Notes: a model not told the origin generated them from the sequence alone. Positions 12,400-26,608 are shown, counted from the stretch's first letter. The stretch: 64,000 bases of DNA from Lama guanicoe (GCA_013239625.1 MU053520.1:648934-712933), one strand, 5' to 3'. Translations and numbers: made by a program.

Positions 12400-14970
12400 T
12401 GGCCCCTTTCCCCCAGTAGTCTTCATTTGATGTCAACAAACTGGCTACCAGACCAATCTCAAGAAAGTGGTCATTCATTTTGACTAGGAGTCCTGCAGGA
12501 CTAGACGCACAGGATTTTACACTCCTATATATCTCGGTCACCACAGGAAGTCATCCACCTTCACCCTTATCTTCATACAGCTTTTCAGGGAGACTTGCAT
12601 TGTTCTGGCTCACTTTTATCCCTCTGCTACTTCATAATTCCTTTCCCCCATGCCTCCTGGGACCCCCGGTTTGCCATGAGCAAAAGCCCTTGTATCATTG
12701 CTTTAGGACATTTCTGTTACTTAAAAGCCTTTCAAGAGATGATTCCATTTTCTCATATTTCCAAGGTATTTCAGGTCCCAGAAGTAAGAGTTTACATATG
12801 TATTTCTTCATCTTAGTTTATACTTCCAGACCCTTCTTTATTTTTCTCCCCCCTCCTCAACAATGCTTTTTAGAAGCATCTGCCACCAAGTATTCTTCAC
12901 TGAAGTGAGGAATAGTATCAGTTATCCCTCATTAATGCAGATTTATATTAACCTCTGTGTCGCTCCTACTGAAGACTTTAGTACATGCCTTGCTATACTT
13001 ATGTCTGTTATAATTTTTGACTTAAATATTTAACACTTTGTTCTAGCCATTCCTTAACCTCCTTAGTTCCAACCATCTTTTTCCTGATGTTGTGTCATCA
13101 CTGATGACTGTATAATTTCTAAAACATCAGTCATGCCAATTTCAAGTGTCTTGCTCTCTACCTAATCCCTTCTGTAATTCCAGTTCATTTTCCCTAATAC
13201 TTCTGCTCCTGCAATTCCTCAACCTCACCAAGGACCTTCAACTCACTTCTCTACTATGTGAGTTCCCTTGTATTTTGCATTCTGTATCGTATCACTATAA
13301 TATTTCCTTGCACACACTCTCAACTACCTTGCCCCTCTATCCTCATATTGCCTGTGCAGACTAATCTTTACCCTGATTGCACATAATTCTCTATATTCAC
13401 TCTATACCTCTATCCAAATATCTACATATGACTAGAATAGAAATATACAACATGTTGGTAAATATTGCTTAGATTTATGATTGCAATTCTCAAGTAGATG
13501 CTCAACACTGCCTAGCAAGCCTATCAGATTATCTTAGTGAAATTACTTTCCCACTCTGTAAAACGACTACTTCACACCTTCTACCCTCCCTTCAAATCTC
13601 CGGCACCCTTTCTTTCTTTCTGAACATCAGCTGATGCCTTTGGATCTTTTTAAACAAAATGTTAAAACAATAGGAAAAGAATCTCCAATTATTTTTCCAC
13701 TAAATCAACATCCGACTTGCATCTGCACTCATACATTCTGTCTTTTGTCTTCTAATTGCTGGTGTCCCTGCAGCTACATGAGTCTGACTCCTTCTTCTGT
13801 GTGTTGAATTCCATCTGTTCTTGCCTACTCAGAAACATTTTTTTTCTACAGTCATTGCTCCTCTTCTTCATCTTAAACGTACTCACTTTTATGGACTTTC
13901 AAGCAAATAAATACAATTCTGTGGCTTCTGACCTCCCTCTAACTACTGCTCCTCTTCTCTGCTCCTTTTTATAATAAAATAACTCCAAAAGATTTGCATG
14001 GATTTCCTCCATCCCCTTACCTCTCTTTTCCTCCTGCAGACCAAGCAGTCTCCCATCTCTCCCCGCTTAAACTTTCTTTGTCAACATCAGCAACACTCTC
14101 TACAATGCTAAATTCAATAATCATTTCATAATTCCCACCACATACAACCTCTCACCAGCATTTGCTCCTTCTTGAAATTGTTTCATCACTTCCCTTCTGG
14201 GACAACAGAGTTCCCCTGGTTTGCCTCTGACTTCAGTGGCTACTCCTTCTCAGGATCTTCTTCCTTGACCTCTTACTGCTGCATCCCCATCCCGCTCTGA
14301 ATCACTGTTGATCCCTTCCTCTCTCATCCCCCACAAACTGCTCCCCACCAGCCTACCCCATCTTAGAAAACATCACCACTGCTCATCCAGTGGTCCAGGC
14401 CAAAGTCTCCTCTCCCAGAACCCGCATTCCAATCATTAGCAAGCTCTCAGCTGTAGTTTATTTTTTTCCCCATATATGTATATTAATGATAATAAATGCT
14501 CAGCACTTATTGACACCAATACAGCCTTCAGGTAGTAAAATTTACCATCACCCCTCACCAGGTTTACTAAAGTGGAGAGTTTACTGGTTTTCTTAGTTTT
14601 ACTCCTTGTTCCCTACATTTCACTCTCCACCCAGGGGATAGAATATTCTTCTGAAAACATCTATCAGATCTTGTTGCTTTCCTACTCAAATTCTCTATGT
14701 GTTTCCAACCATATTTCTGGTAAAAAATGTAAATACCTTACCATAATATCCAGTCTTCAGTCTCCCCAAGCTCACAGTGCTCTCTGGAGTTGTTTTATTT
14801 CTTTCCATTCCAAGTTCTCCCTTGCCTCACAGATTTTGGCCATTCCCTTTATTTGGAATATTCCTTTCTTAGGTATTCACTTGATGTATTCCCTCCCTGT
14901 ATTCAGAACACTGCTCCAGTATTACTCTTGAGAGAGAACTTCCCAAACCACCCCATCAAAGTAGAGCCTT
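12400..14970 (+). mobile_element. Long degenerate L2 (L2a-like) body
   Basis: Pyrimidine-rich L2 motifs throughout: CACTCTCAACTACCTTGCCCCTCT, CTCAACACTGCCTAGCAA, TCAGCTGATGCCTTTG, AATGCTAAATTCAAT, CCATTCCCTTTATTTGGAAT. Confidence 0.75.
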
Positions 14971-16529
14971 TTTCTCAATTTATAAAAATTAAAATCAAGG
15001 GTATTTTTTGCTGTTAGGTTCTTGACCTAAAGAAAGAATGATGCTCAATTCTGACTCTCCAAGAAAGGTAAGACAAAAACCAAATAAATGACAAGGAGAT
15101 GGCATTGAAATAGAATAATAAATCTTAGAAGTTGAAATCAATTTCATATCTAATTGTCATATTTTACAACACCACATGAAAAACTGAGGTGCATGCATTA
15201 CAATTATCTATATTATCATATTAAGTGTAGTAATTATAAAAATAAAGATTATGCTATAAATTCTGTGGAATCAAAGTTTTATGTAAGAGGTAAAATATAC
15301 CCACGGTTTTAATTGTTGTGACATTTAAGTTATGTTGCCATTCATTTGAATTTTGTTGTTGTAGGCCTGAGCCATGATTCAAGGAATATTTCTCCATGGG
15401 TCTCAGTTTTACTTCCAAAGGCAATCAAAGTACTGAAGCATTTATGAATGGATTTGAAGTATCAAGCATCAGTCATTGTCAGAATCTTATCAACTAGGAA
15501 ACTAACTCTCCCAAGACATATTTTTGTTGAAATACTATTAGAATTGAGCCTTATATCAAAATAGCAGACATGAAAAATATGCCCACTTTTGAAACTGCAG
15601 GAACACAAGCAATGTGTCTTACTCTGCAGTTGCACTAAACATTGATTCAGCTGCTGGATACACGGTTCACTTAATATGGGGATGCTTAGTGCAACAGTAA
15701 CAAGGCTACTACGATTTTAACTTTTCCTCCAATTGAATAAAAAGAATATCATTTTCCACTGCCAGGTGTTTCATTATTAGATCAATAACATTTTCAAAAA
15801 CATTTCTGCATAAAAATGAGGTTAAAAGAATTTGTACGTAGCCACAAAATTTTCCAGTTTTAATATATGAGGGACAATGATGAAAGTTTATCAGAAGCAT
15901 TTTCTTCCTCCATCTTGATGCCAGTTTTTTCGCTTCATGACTCTACATAGTCATAGTTATTGTAATAGAAATAAACATGCTCTTTAAAAGAAGAAATAAA
16001 AAAATACACAATCCGCATCAGCTGTTCATGAGTAGAAAACAAGAAAAATAGATTTTGGAAAGATAAAGTGCACATAGCTCCAGGCTAGGAAAATGAAGAA
16101 TGGTCTAGCAGGCAAGAATGTATATTTAAATCATCTTGTATTCCAGAAAATGTCACCCAACACAAATCTATGGGACAGAACTTCGCTAAATTTATTCTTT
16201 TAACTTTCTTCAATCACAGACTTGAGACTAGGTCACTTTTCTTACAGATCTGAGTCTCAGAATGATCACTGTAATAAATGACTCTATGCTGCAGGCTTTT
16301 ATCCTGTCCTTTACTGCAGCCAGAGCATGCGGAGCATATGATATGCACTCAGCAACAATTTGTCAATCACCTTACATTTCTTCACCCCAAGTAAATTTCA
16401 ACAAAAGGTGACTGAGTAGATTGTTGTTTCTCCAAGTGCAGTTCACAAAGCATTAGTGACACATTAGGAAATTTTATATGGTATGCTAACCTACTTTTGT
16501 TTCATTTTAGAAATTCTCATATAGTTTTA

Positions 16530-16766
16530 AATGTACACCTTACTATATATAAAATAAACCCAAGGACATACTACATAGCAAAGGGAACTATATTCAGTTT
16601 CTTGTAATAACACATAATGGAAAAGAATCTGAAAAGAATATATATATATATGTATGTATGTGTATAACTGAATCACTTTGCTGTACACCTGAAACTAACA
16701 TTATAAATAAACCACACTTCAATGAAAAACTTTAAATAAAGAAATTAAAAAAATAAAGTTAAAAAT
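16530..16766 (+). mobile_element. L1 3' UTR fragment (artiodactyl-type) with A-rich tail
   Basis: CAAGGACATACTACATAGCAAAGGGAACTATATTCAG...GTATAACTGAATCACTTTGCTGTACACCTGAAACTAACATT followed by an A-rich tail. Confidence 0.9.
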
Positions 16767-17007
16767 ACTGATCATTTGCTCTTCTGTTACATGTTGGCAT
16801 AAAAATGGCATTAAATGCTTTGATGACAGATTATAGAGAATTAAAATGTATACTCGAAATTTTCTAAAATCCAATTTTTGAATTAGTTATAATTTAGAAT
16901 CTTTACAGATTCAATTCACTAATATTTTCACGGTGGCATAGTATGACTAAATAAACTTTACACTAATCAGATGTGGAAAAAAAAAATAAAATATGTATCA
17001 ATTTTCT

Positions 17008-17080
17008 TATTAAGTTGATGTATATTTATTTAATATCAATAAATTGGATATTAAATCGATGTGTATTTATTAAACATCAA
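17008..17080. repeat. Imperfect tandem duplication, 41-bp period
   Basis: TATTAAGTTGATGTATATTTATTTAATATCAA (17008-17039) vs TATTAAATCGATGTGTATTTATTAAACATCAA (17049-17080). Confidence 0.75.
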
Positions 17081-18049
17081 AAATGAGCCATAAAAATTAA
17101 AGTTGATTAAAGATTATTCTAGTATACCTGAATGGCACAAACAATACATCCTCCCTCTCTTTACTGCACCAGTGTTGGCCAGTGTTGAATTATACTCAAA
17201 TCAAGTTATTTACTAGTCATTTTGTGAGTTCTTAACAGCTGTAAGTTATTGTGCTGAATGCATACTTGTACTTGCACTTAATGGGTTTAGCATTTAAGAC
17301 AGAGAAAAAGGTAAGTACATTTTCGAATATATCAAGAGTTCCAGTAGATGAGCAAACATAATTCAAGGACAGTTCGGAAGAACTAGAAATCACATGCAGT
17401 TCAAGGACTCTAAGAAAGGCTTTTGGGTAAGAGGCAGCAGTTAAGGGAAACTTGAAAGATAAATTCTCACCACTTGGGATAAGATAAGGGAGTTCTATCC
17501 CTGGCAGTAAATGGCATAAACAAAGCACTTGGTGGCTTTCTCAAAGATGGGAAAGTTATCTTTAAATACTACATGGGGATCAGGGGGTTCTATATAGTTA
17601 CATCTCTAGAGAGGGCCAAATAAATGACACTGTATTTGTTAGAATGGATTTTTTTCTTAACTGAGATTTGGGGCTGAACTTATTTTACTTATTTTGGATC
17701 TCATTTTGACTACAGAGACGTTTTTTATAATGAGTGTGTCATTTGAAATCTACACTTGGAAATGTCATATTTCCAAAGACTCAACAGGAATATCTACCTT
17801 TTTAAAGATCACTTTCTAGGAGAAGGTGTTTTCATATAGAAAATTTAATCCCTTAACATACTACACAAAGATAAAATCCTTTAGTATTCATGACGCTTAT
17901 TTCTACTTCTGGCATTTCTATCTTTTAAGGTGGCTGTCTTAGTCAGAAACAGTAAATGGACTGAGTTCATCACCAAGTAATTTTTAATTATAGGTGTGTT
18001 AAAAAAACAAAAACAAACACAAACCCTTCTAACCTTCAGCAACAAAGAT

Positions 18050-18400
18050 TATACCAAAGATCCTTGACAATGAATTGACAATTGATGGATTTATTTTTTA
18101 TCTTGCTGTCACCCTTCTTTAGCAGTGTACTGGGTGGGTAGGGAGATTATGCAGATTCTAAACTGAATTGCAATCCATTAATACTAGCTTTAATCTGTCT
18201 ATAATCATCTCATTAACGTGAAGCATTAGCAATATTGAGGGTATAGATTTACCAAGAAAATGTATTGATGAATGGAAATTCTCCTGGAATTGTTTCTACC
18301 TAGACACACCCTCAACAACTGTTGACAGGCAGTGATGCGGGCAACGGTTTACAAAGCTTGAAATATTAAGTAGAATTGATGTCCTCAGATTAATCCCTTT
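18050..18400. promoter_or_regulatory. Candidate enhancer with paired PBX-HOX and MEIS sites
   Basis: TGATGGATTT 18083, CTGTCA 18106, TGATGAATGG 18266, TGACAG 18323, in non-repeat sequence. Confidence 0.4.
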
Positions 18401-19014
18401 TACCTCTGGGTTATCCTGAGACTACAAGTTCTTACTCAAATTGTGTTTCAAAGAGCACTGATTCTTGGCAATGTTAATCAGAATTTTAAATAATTTGGGG
18501 TAAATATACACATAATATTTATTCTTTGACAGATTCCAAATACAAATTAACTTATTTAAGGAGTTAAGAATTTCTAAAGTTTATTATATCATTATTTATT
18601 TCATATATGCAGAGGAAGGTACACTTAAAATCTTCATTCTCTCTTCCCCAGTAAAGTTTTGTATCAGTATTATTAGCATTTTACTATGTGTCCTCCACCC
18701 CTTAAGTCAATTTTTAAAAAGCATTACTAATACATTTAAACTGTAGTTCTTCATTCATCTTAAGAGTTAGAAATTAGTTCAACAGGAATAACAAGCAAAA
18801 CAATATCTAAGTGTAAAAGTACATGTTTGCTTTGAGAATTCCCATCTCAAATAAATTTTAAGCTCTATCAAAGACAAAACAAGATTAAGTTAAAATATGA
18901 GTTGGAAATTCAACAACGATACTGGATAATAGAAATGCAAATAAAGTGAACATAGCAGTAACACTATTGAGAGTAATTTAAAATGATATTGCATAATTTT
19001 CTACTTTTCTTTAA

Positions 19015-19235
19015 GGAAGGGAGGAACATAAGAGTATATATTTGATTTCCCTCATATTTGCACAAAGGAAAACTGACAATATACACACATAACTAACAAA
19101 ATTGTTACCTATAGAAAGCCAGGGGCAGGGCAGTGGAAAGGGACAAAGGTTAGAACAAGGCTTCTCAAAGTAGAGATTTTATAGCATTTTGATATTTAAA
19201 TCACATGAATGTTTCAAATTAAACTTAAAAATGTT
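19015..19235 (+). mobile_element. Old L1 (L1MC/ME) 3' end
   Basis: ATTTGCACAAAGGAAAACTG...AACTAACAAAATTGTTACCTATAG...TTTTGATATTTAAATCACATGAATGT. Confidence 0.6.
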
Positions 19236-19749
19236 TAAAATAGAGCACTGTTGCACTTTTAAGTGGAAACAGGGTTTTTAGGTACTAAGAGAGAGTTCGA
19301 AATTGTAATACATCATAGTACATCAGTGTTCAGAAATTTTTTTCTTCATAGCTAAGAGAGAAATATGTAGAGAGGGAAAGAAAAGAAAAAACTGGTACAG
19401 TGTTTGTGGGGTAAATGTTACTAATTTGTGGGAAATGGGAATATGAATTTCTGTTGAGTATTTGAGAGCTTACAGTGATTCACTGTGAATTGACAGCCAC
19501 ACAAAGACACAGCAGACAATACAATGAATAAAGAGAACAAATTGATGGAAACTATTTCACTTCTTCAGATATCTGGGCATTTAAATTTTTGAACTGATAT
19601 ATCCTTTAAAGAGTCTAATGTAAAAGATAAATGCTCTTCCCAGCGGGGAAGTGACCTTATACACACACACACACAGAGTTATGCACTTAATTTAGAAGGT
19701 AACACTGAAACCCATAGATCTCAGGGGACAAGCCTCCTTATTTTAATAG

Positions 19750-19890
19750 GTAAAAGTAGACGCTCTAAGCCAAAGAGAACTTGGATTAATTCTCACCTTA
19801 GCCACTGATGGCTAAATGACCTTGGGAAAGTTACTTAGTCTCTGTGAGCTTCAGTTTTCTCATCCTCAAAATGAAGTTGCTGATCCCTTA
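19750..19890 (+). mobile_element. MIR SINE
   Basis: TGACCTTGGGAAAGTTACTTAGTCTCTGTGAGCTTCAGTTTTCTCATC core. Confidence 0.8.
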
Positions 19891-20789
19891 TGTTATTAGA
19901 AAAAAGAAAAAAAACTCAATATGAAATATCATTATCTTTACTATAATATTATGGCTCTCAAAATAGAATGAAGAATTTCACAGCTGAATAAAAAGATAGT
20001 TTGCCAGATCATATCAGAGTAGCTAATATACCCTGCTTCCACAACTTGGTAACAAACTAAAATTTCTTTTGATATTCAGATGTGAGGGCTCTGTCATGGA
20101 ATGTCTTTTCATTTTCCCACCCAGGTATCTTTCCCCTCATAATAATTTCAGGGAAACCAGACAGCATCCTCAACCTATTGCTCCTAGGCCTGGCTTCACT
20201 AGTTTTGAGGAGCAGAAGCTGCACAGTTCATTCAGTCAGGAAAGGCATTCTGTGTTCTGGGGCTTTGTTCCTATCACAGTCTTATGGAATGTCTGATGGA
20301 CTTAATAATCTGATTGGACTCTTGAGTCCATGCCAGCTTTGAGTGTTTAGTTTATGAGGGTCCAAAGAACAGTTTAGGTTGAGATCATCTGTTAAGACAG
20401 TGCTGTTTTGAGTATTATAAAATATATGATTATATGAAATCATGATTTCTGTGTCATTGGTAGCTTTAAGATACTGGGCATACTACCAAAAGCCTGTGTG
20501 CTACAATATCTAGGCGCAATAAAACGAGATATGCCTGCTAAACCAACAAACAAACAAATCAACCAAAAAAAAAGTTGTCCTTTATTTGAAGCAGAGGGAA
20601 AATATCATGTTTATTTAGAATAATGCAAAGATTAAACAGAAAGTTGTCACTTTTCCCTAATATTTTGAAGCATTCAGGGTACATTTTTCTTTTCATTTAT
20701 CATTAAGATAATATCATTTCTAACAAGTAAAGATTTAGAAATGCCTGCTAAGCATTCGTTTATCAATGCATTTGTAGTTGTTCACCCAC

Positions 20790-21350
20790 TTTGTGTAAGC
20801 ATACACAGAGAAAATAAACGTAAGTTGGTAATCAAGCTCAGTATAAGCCTGAGCGTCTGTTTCCTGTTTGCCATCGCATCAGGAATTTTACTCCAGTTGT
20901 TGCTTCAGTCTAATCCTACCTCCTTGGTGATTTTCAAAGATGAGCTAAGGATGATTAAACGTAATATTTAATGGCTTCAATTGTGAGAGCTGTTTAAAAT
21001 ATGTGTAATAAATTCGTCTTTTCACTCTCCATTTATTTTCTGCTCTGCCATAATACTCGTCTTCAAAAAAAGAAAAAAGGAAAGGTTTGAGATTTAAATG
21101 GCAGGTGACAAATTGATGGCATGTACTCCTAAATAATTAGGTGAAATCCTCACTCTATATGACCTTTGATAAGCATAGTAATACCAGCATCATGCCAATA
21201 ACCTGCTATTTTGCATTTAATGTGTCCGCTTCATTGCCACTGAACATTGCAATTAGGAGGAAAGAACCTGATGATAAGAATGTTTCAATGACATAAACCT
21301 TTCAATCTATTCATTATCACCTCTCTCCTTGAGAATGACAGTTTTGAGTA
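20790..21350. promoter_or_regulatory. Candidate conserved non-coding element / enhancer
   Basis: Repeat-free; dense TAAT/TAATTA, TGGCAG/CTGCCA and TGACA sites, plus a composite TGACCTTTGATAAG. Confidence 0.35.
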
Positions 21351-21689
21351 TCAATTCACTCTTTTCAAAACTTAGCATCCTTCTAACTCACTTTATTCAG
21401 TTAGTTCTGAATAGCAATAATCACATCCAATGCTCTTTTTAAGACAGAGTTCAAAGATCTGCTGTATAGATTTGCTTTCTCCCTCTCAATGCAATGGCTG
21501 CCACATTGAAGTTAGTAGACTTAGGTGAGAAGGTTATACTCTGGATCTGATCTTTTCCCACCCAAAAAAGTCTTTTAAACCATTTCTTAATAATTTGAGG
21601 CCTCAAAATATTAATTTAAAAAATATTTTAGGCTCTTGAATTAATAAAACGTCGATGGCATTTCATTTTTGCATGCTTCCCTGCCAGCC

Positions 21690-22300
21690 CTCTCCTAGAC
21701 CATCTCTTTCATACACATTTTGATAAATTATTCCAATAGCAACTAGGCCACCTTACTAAGTTTTAGTTTTTAACCTTTTCCCCATTGCTCTTGCATGAGG
21801 AAGAGCATAATCTGCCTTGCAGACTACCACAAACAAAAGTTTTATTGAATGTTTTGCTTTTTTAGTCTCTCTTATTGGTTATTTTTCACTAGACAATTGT
21901 TGTATATTTTAGATTTTATATTGTAGCATTCCACTTCCAGGACCAATTTCTCTTCTCGTCAGGTTAGGTTAGGCTATGCTGAGATAACAACTGAAAATTC
22001 AGTAACTAAACACATTAAAATTGCTCCATGTCCCAACAGGTTGGTGCAAGGCTCTGATACACAAAGTTACTTGGTTATTCCAGATAAATCAAGCTGTGCC
22101 ATGTCACAAGTGTGACACCATCTGAAACATTAGCTTCTTTGAGATTCTCGCCAGAAGAACACAGAACTTGGGAAATTGACACTCCTTTCCTGTGATTCAG
22201 CCCATAAATGACACAATCACTTCTGCTCATGGCCCATCGGTCGGGACTAGACTTTTGGTTCTGTGTAAATGAAAGGAGGCTGAACTATGCTATTCATTGT
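21690..22300 (-). mobile_element. Old MaLR (MLT1K/L-like) LTR plus adjacent internal sequence
   Basis: CCACTTCCAGGACCAATTTC is a typical internal/LTR junction, followed by TCAGGTTAGGTTAGGCTATGCTGAGATAACAA and ATCACTTCTGCTCATGGCCCATCGG. Confidence 0.6.
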
Positions 22301-24219
22301 CCCATAAATACCTGCTCAAAAACCAGTAGGTAAAACACACTGACCAATTCACTTTGTAACTTTTTCATGTTTCCTTTGACCTCTTCATTTTTATTAGGTG
22401 ATTTTAGTTTCTTTGATATTTCATTAAAATTTTGTATGAATTTTCAAACTTCTTTATAAGCCTCTTCTATCCAGTAGAGATTTAATTTCTCTCATTGATT
22501 AAAGTCTAAACGTCATCATTCTGCCCATTTTAAAAATGTTTTGATAGCTATAGTTATACAAGAAAATAACTGATAAAAGACAAAGTGTGAGATATATTTG
22601 GGTAAAAAATATATATATGAAACAATAGTTTCTAAGTCTTGAAGCTCTGGGATGATAACAGCTGGAATATATCACACTCTTTAAAATATGAACAAGACAA
22701 AATGCATAAAAAGAATGGTCATTGATGTTCCATGTTAATAATAGATTACAGTGTCTTTTTTAAAATTTTAAACTTTCTCCTGTCAACTAAAAACACTGAA
22801 ATAAAATATTAAAGATATAACCACGTCTATAATCCATACATAATTAATAATTATGACATACTTTACAGTCATGCACATGCTGTAGATGAATACAGATGGA
22901 ATTCATACATCAAACTGAATACATGAAACAAATCTTATCAGAAAGGGAAAGAAAGATGTTCATGGTAATGCTGCTCAGAGCTGGAAGAGGACTGAATTTG
23001 TTGCCCAAGTTCAATATCTCAGATGGAAGGAGCACAAAACTAGCTTTAATATTCAGCAGCTATGAAGAATAAAAAGCTGAGAATGATCACGTGTTCTGCC
23101 TAAGCTGTCCACCATGAGTATTATTGTGTAGAATATCAGTTTTTAAAGAATTAGGATATGACCGAAGCTAATTTTCATTTAAGCGATGCAAAATAATTTA
23201 GTATTTCTTTGATGATTCAGAAGATACTTGAGAATGTTACAGAATCCACACAATAAATATCAGTCATTATTCTGAGGATTTAGAGAAATGCTGGTTAACA
23301 CAACTCCAGTTAATAAAAGGTATTGATTTGGGAGTAAAGCAGGACACAGTGCTCACTCTAATCCTGTCTTTTACTCACCCTGTATCCTTAAGCAGTGCAT
23401 TCTCTCTGAGGAATGTTTCTTGTCATTACAATTAATTACTATTTTGTTAGAGTATCTGGAATATTCTTTGATTGAGTGAATTTCATGCTATGCTTAGACT
23501 GCTCATCTTTTAATATTAATTTATCTTGTGTCATTCTATTTAATCTACCCTGGGTATTTTCTTATACCAGGAAGTGAATAGCCAGATTTAGCAGATCCAG
23601 TTCAGACTGATGACATTTAAGATCAACTGTGTTCTGACTTACATCTGTCTCCCTAGAACTCATCTAAATAGACTCCCCACTTAAAGAAATGAGACAAGAT
23701 TTTTACTCTGAACATGTTCCACACTTTCTCAAATTTACGTCTTTGTTTCTCAAAGTGTTTTATTTCACCTGGATAGTTTCCTTTCCTAATTTAGTCTTCC
23801 TCACCTCGTTAAGTTCTGTACCTCTTTCAGAGTCAGTTCCTAACATCAGGTCCTTCAAGATCTTGTTCTCAATGAATTCCTGAATGCATGAAGTATTCCA
23901 GGTACAATATCAAGGTGTGAAAGAGCCAGATCAACTAGACAAGGTTCTTTACATTGCAAAACCTATGATGTGGTAGAGGAGACTCAGACAGAGGTGATTT
24001 CGACCTAAGGCAATGAGTCCAGCGGTAGGAATGTACAAATGTGTTATCCATCATTTACTTCAAGTCCCAAAGCAGACTGCTGGTAGAGTTCTTAATGCAT
24101 CACTCATATTGAGCAGTAAAGTAAGTTGGAAAGAGAAGTTTAATTAAACTGAATTTTAATCCAAGATTTTTCAATTGCTTGTGACATTGAGCCAAATATT
24201 TAAATAGTCAAATTAATAT

Positions 24220-24358
24220 ATTTTTAATTTCTAATTGTGGTAAAATGTACAGAACATAAGATTTACCATTTTAAAATATTATGAAAGAATAGTTCCGTAC
24301 TGTTAATTAATTCATATTATTATTCAACCAATCTCCAGTACTCTTATCATTTTGCAAC
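24220..24358 (-). mobile_element. L1 3' end (L1MB-like)
   Basis: TAATTGTGGTAAAATGTACAGAACATAAGATTTACCATTTT...CAACCAATCTCCAG. Confidence 0.75.
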
Positions 24359-26608
24359 CTTGGTATCTTTTAATGAAGGAAATAGTAAGTTTATACATTT
24401 GTCTGGGATTTGAATAGCATATATAAAATAACTGGTTCAGAACTTGGCACATAGATAATGTTCAGATGACTGTTTTTTTCTTTTTCTGTACTTTCTTTCT
24501 CAAGAGACAATACGTTGTCTGCATAGACCTATCTCAGACACAAATCTAAGTCTTATATAGCTCTGTCTGATGTATGTTTAACAGGTGCCTTGTAAGTAGT
24601 CTAATTAACTGAGGGAATAGTTAATTGTGTAGGGAGAAGTGAATGGATAACTAAAGGTAGAAATTTGAAGAACATTCAAAGTAGAATTCCCAAACCATTT
24701 TTGTTAAAAAGAAAAAAACAAAAAACAAAAACAATGTGAAAGACATTAAAAAATAGGCCTATTGCACAGATTTGGAAACGAAAGTGTGATGAATTAAAGG
24801 AAACTTTGAAGCCAGGTCTTACTATTATGTCTCCCTCAAAACAAAGACACACACACACACACAAATCATTAAATCACAGACAGCCACGGAGTTAATGACA
24901 CAAGGTCACACAATACTATCAATATTGAAACACAACTTATAATATTGAAACACAGCCTCTTCCTAGGAAACATTAAATTTTGTATTGTTCAAAAAAGTCA
25001 CAATCAACTTTTTTTCCACATTACTATTAAAGGCATCTAAATGGAATGCTAATAATCACTGCCCTTTCCCCTCTGCTGAGTATTATTCAACATAAAGGAA
25101 ACAGCAAATGAAAGTAATTAATTATTCCTATTCCTTTCTTAATGATATCATTGGAATTAAAGCAAAGAGAAATGCTTTTAGGAAATCTCTTGACTTAAAA
25201 TGCTTCACAGAACTCCAAGTAAGACTTACACATGGGAACTATTCAACTTCTGCCCAAATTATGTAATTGTATATCAGGACCTTGGTGTATTAAAAAAAAT
25301 GTCATATAACAAGAAGGTAGAGATGTATCATAAAATCTGTATTTTAAAGAAATCTCTAAGTCAGAGTAAATGAAGGGAACTGCATATCAGTTACACTTGG
25401 GTGTGTAATTTGAATAAATGAAAATACAAGAATGATTGGAGCTTATATATCCAGGATGGTGGGATGAGTGTGATAGTGGGTGACTGCATTTTAATAACAT
25501 GATGACAGGAAGAGAACAACAATGACAAAAAGAACATACGGAGAGAGGGAGAGGACAAAAGTTACACATGTCATAAATACTTTGAAAAGAATTAGTGTGC
25601 AATAATACAAAAGATGTTGTGAATTAAAAAGCTGGGATTGCCTATAAAAGAGAATAGAAAGTCCATTTGAATTTTCTGGGTTAGCATAGAAACAATTTAA
25701 AATTGAAAATTTTGGCATGATTTAAGACACTTTTCAAGGAGATATATTTATACATTAACATCATGAATAGCTTACTTGAATGTGAGCAGTAATGTATTAT
25801 CAACCTAATAGGCCAGTTCATACAAAACTGAAAAGTAATTAACCCTATGTATTTATTTTTATTTATAGCTCCCAAAACTTACAAAAAGACATTATTGGCA
25901 GTTACTTACATACACACGCGTGCACCCTAACATGCCGATGTATTCACATGCACATATAATTTTGCTTATATGTGTTTATCAGTATTTATATGTATATGTT
26001 CTTACTGGTAAAAAGAACTTTCTTATATTCATCTTCAGAAAATTAAATGGTATCTTACTGTAAAATGCTGGGGAAATGCATGTGAATTGGCAAGATATTT
26101 GTAAGCAGAAAATTAAAGAGGGGATTTGAATAATATACAGAAGGACATTTTTGAATTATATCAAATGTAGTTCTATTATTGAATGAGAGGTAAATTTACC
26201 TCTAGGATTCCTGAAGACCAAGGCCAGAGGAAAATTATGAAGAATCAACTTGCTTCCATTGGCTAGTAAACACTTCCTGTTATAAACTGCATAAAAATAT
26301 ATTATTTATTATACAAAGGGGTTTGAAGAAGGTAATATCATCCATGGTATACCTTCAAAAACACACTTGAAACACAGATAGTTGGACATAAGACTTACTG
26401 AGAAAAAAATAGGAACATGCTTAATGCATCATTTCACCCAGAAATAAAAATACTATGATACTGCACCTAAACCTTACAGTAACTGAAGTGTTTTGGAGAA
26501 TAATGGAAACAGTGTCCTTGAAATACCTTGCATATTGAAAGCAGTCTTTTTATTTTTATGTAGTTTTTAACTTTAGAATAAATTTTAATAGAAGTAGGCA
26601 AAAGAAGC

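Noticed and set aside
12480..15017. ORFs of 70-142 aa
   Set aside because: Lie in a decayed pyrimidine-rich L2; no recognisable protein
15440..15960. Possible gene or transposase remnant (minus-strand AAGATGGAGG Kozak-like start)
   Set aside because: ORF closes after 17 codons and no family is recognisable
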